From assembly GCA_949744905.1 (NCBI GenBank), contig CATKCE010000135.1:15888-79887 (forward strand): DNA of 64,000 bases. The letters run 5' to 3'. Under the pieces are notes generated by a model. The model did not search any database. It was not told the origin of the DNA and saw nothing but the letters and a program-made list of their open reading frames with translations. The stretch comes from an uncultured bacterium (lineage in GTDB: Bacteria > Bacillota > Clostridia > Christensenellales > Pumilibacteraceae). The translations under genes and the position numbers were made by a program. Below are positions 63,282 to 64,000 of the stretch, piece after piece (within the stretch, counting starts at the first letter, position 1; each line of letters begins with the position of its first letter).

Positions 63282-64000
63282 TCAGATAAGAGCCAGCCGA
63301 TCCGCCTCTTCCGCCACGCTAAAAAAGACGGGGCGTTCTTTACCCACGATATTTGGCGCATGCAAAGCTACTTTCAGTTCTCCGCGGAACGAAAACAAGC
63401 ACGCATGTCCACCGTCGGAAGCAAATAACGGCTTTTCGATATGCCGCCACGGACCGGCAATATGACCGCCGTCCGATACAGCCATTCCTACTGCATACGC
63501 ATTGTTTTCCACACAACTGGACCACAGCATAACAAGTTTACCGCTTTTAAGCTTATGCACAAACGGACCGTCGGTGATCGTCCCTTCGAACTTTCCGTCA
63601 TACGACGTCTTACGGACCCATGGCGCGTCGGAAGCACGGAACAGAGTAACCGGCTTGCCGACAGCCCCGCTCAAATCGCTTTTCAAACGCATAATCTCTA
63701 TAGTTCCGTCTTGTATCTGTACCCACTCGTGACAAAATACGGCGTACGGAATTCCTTCCTCTACCCACAGCGTGGCGTCCAAACAATCCCATCCCGCAGG
63801 CGTAAACGGCGGGCAAAATACAGCGAAAGATCCGAGCGGACGATCCGCACGTAAAATTTGGCATCTGCGCCCCTGTTCCGCCGAATGAAACGTAGCAAAC
63901 AAATAATACGCGCCGTCGTAGCGATGCACTTCGGGCGCCCAATACTGCTCGTTAGCCCAAAAACCGTCGGGTCGGGCAAATACCGTGAACGGGCCTTCAA
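63282..64000 (-). CDS. glycoside hydrolase family 43, C-terminal part (5' end beyond window)
   Basis: The frame is open to the window edge. My translation upstream of the ORF-track Met gives EGPFTVFARPDGFWANEQYWAPEVHRYDGAYYLFATF, the WAPEV...YY GH43 signature. Confidence 0.85.
   Translation of the reverse strand, partial: EGPFTVFARPDGFWANEQYWAPEVHRYDGAYYLFATFHSAEQGRRCQILRADRPLGSFAVFCPPFTPAGWDCLDATLWVEEGIPYAVFCHEWVQIQDGTIEIMRLKSDLSGAVGKPVTLFRASDAPWVRKTSYDGKFEGTITDGPFVHKLKSGKLVMLWSSCVENNAYAVGMAVSDGGHIAGPWRHIEKPLFASDGGHACLFSFRGELKVALHAPNIVGKERPVFFSVAEEADRLALI

Overview
This is a chromosomal window from a Firmicutes/Clostridia-type genome, roughly 50% GC by eye. Gram-positive signatures include an LtaS-type sulfatase, a CotF spore-coat protein, lipoprotein signal boxes, the ECF S-components QueT and BioY, and a tmRNA tag ending ALAA.

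I can support about 60 protein genes, one tmRNA, and a set of promoters, terminators and operators read directly from the sequence.

Layout:
- 1-5.4 kb: ppk(partial)-pfkA-RelA/SpoT-domain gene-glpK-queT on the minus strand.
- 5.6-12 kb: envelope and metal genes (HtrA-like protease, LtaS, a 10TM His-rich exporter, CNNM/CorC).
- 12.1-13.5 kb: a small AT-rich islet (XRE regulator plus an orphan gene).
- 13.5-16.9 kb: asparaginase and a NitT/TauT-type ABC operon behind a terminator-containing leader.
- 16.9-19.5 kb: an ECF sigma/anti-sigma/lipoprotein module.
- 19.6-34.3 kb: upp-uraA, a ferritin-like gene, a CPA2 antiporter, an RsmB/F-like methyltransferase, a YugP peptidase, several hypotheticals, and rhaA-rhaB.
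- 34.4 kb: tmRNA, followed by an AT-rich, integrase-less islet (34.9-39.6 kb) with a relic SSB tail, an XRE gene and a detox-type cluster.
- 39.6-44.1 kb: bioY-bioB-bioD-bioA facing birA across a perfect BirA-type operator.
- 44.2-53.9 kb: ftsH, a J-domain/DUF815 pair, ilvC, an ABC-2 exporter and a SIMPL protein.
- 53.9-55.6 kb: an Lsa-type ABC-F gene behind a classic attenuator.
- 55.7-64 kb: a glycan/rare-sugar locus (allulose-epimerase family, FucI-like, clan GH-D, clan GH-A lipoprotein, DUF4886, partial GH43).

I saw no CRISPR array, transposase, integrase, reverse transcriptase, restriction enzyme or recognised defence gene, and I cannot point to a clear novel multi-gene system.

Most worth a second look:
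- the double-length RelA/SpoT-domain protein;
- consensus promoters placed 6-9 nt from ATG, suggesting recurrent leaderless mRNAs;
- three unclassified terminator-containing leaders;
- the tmRNA-adjacent decayed islet with a 667-nt gene-free stretch;
- the XRE/orphan islet;
- the ABC-F attenuator;
- dominance of ATA as the Ile codon.

All family calls come from reading motifs by eye. No searches were run.
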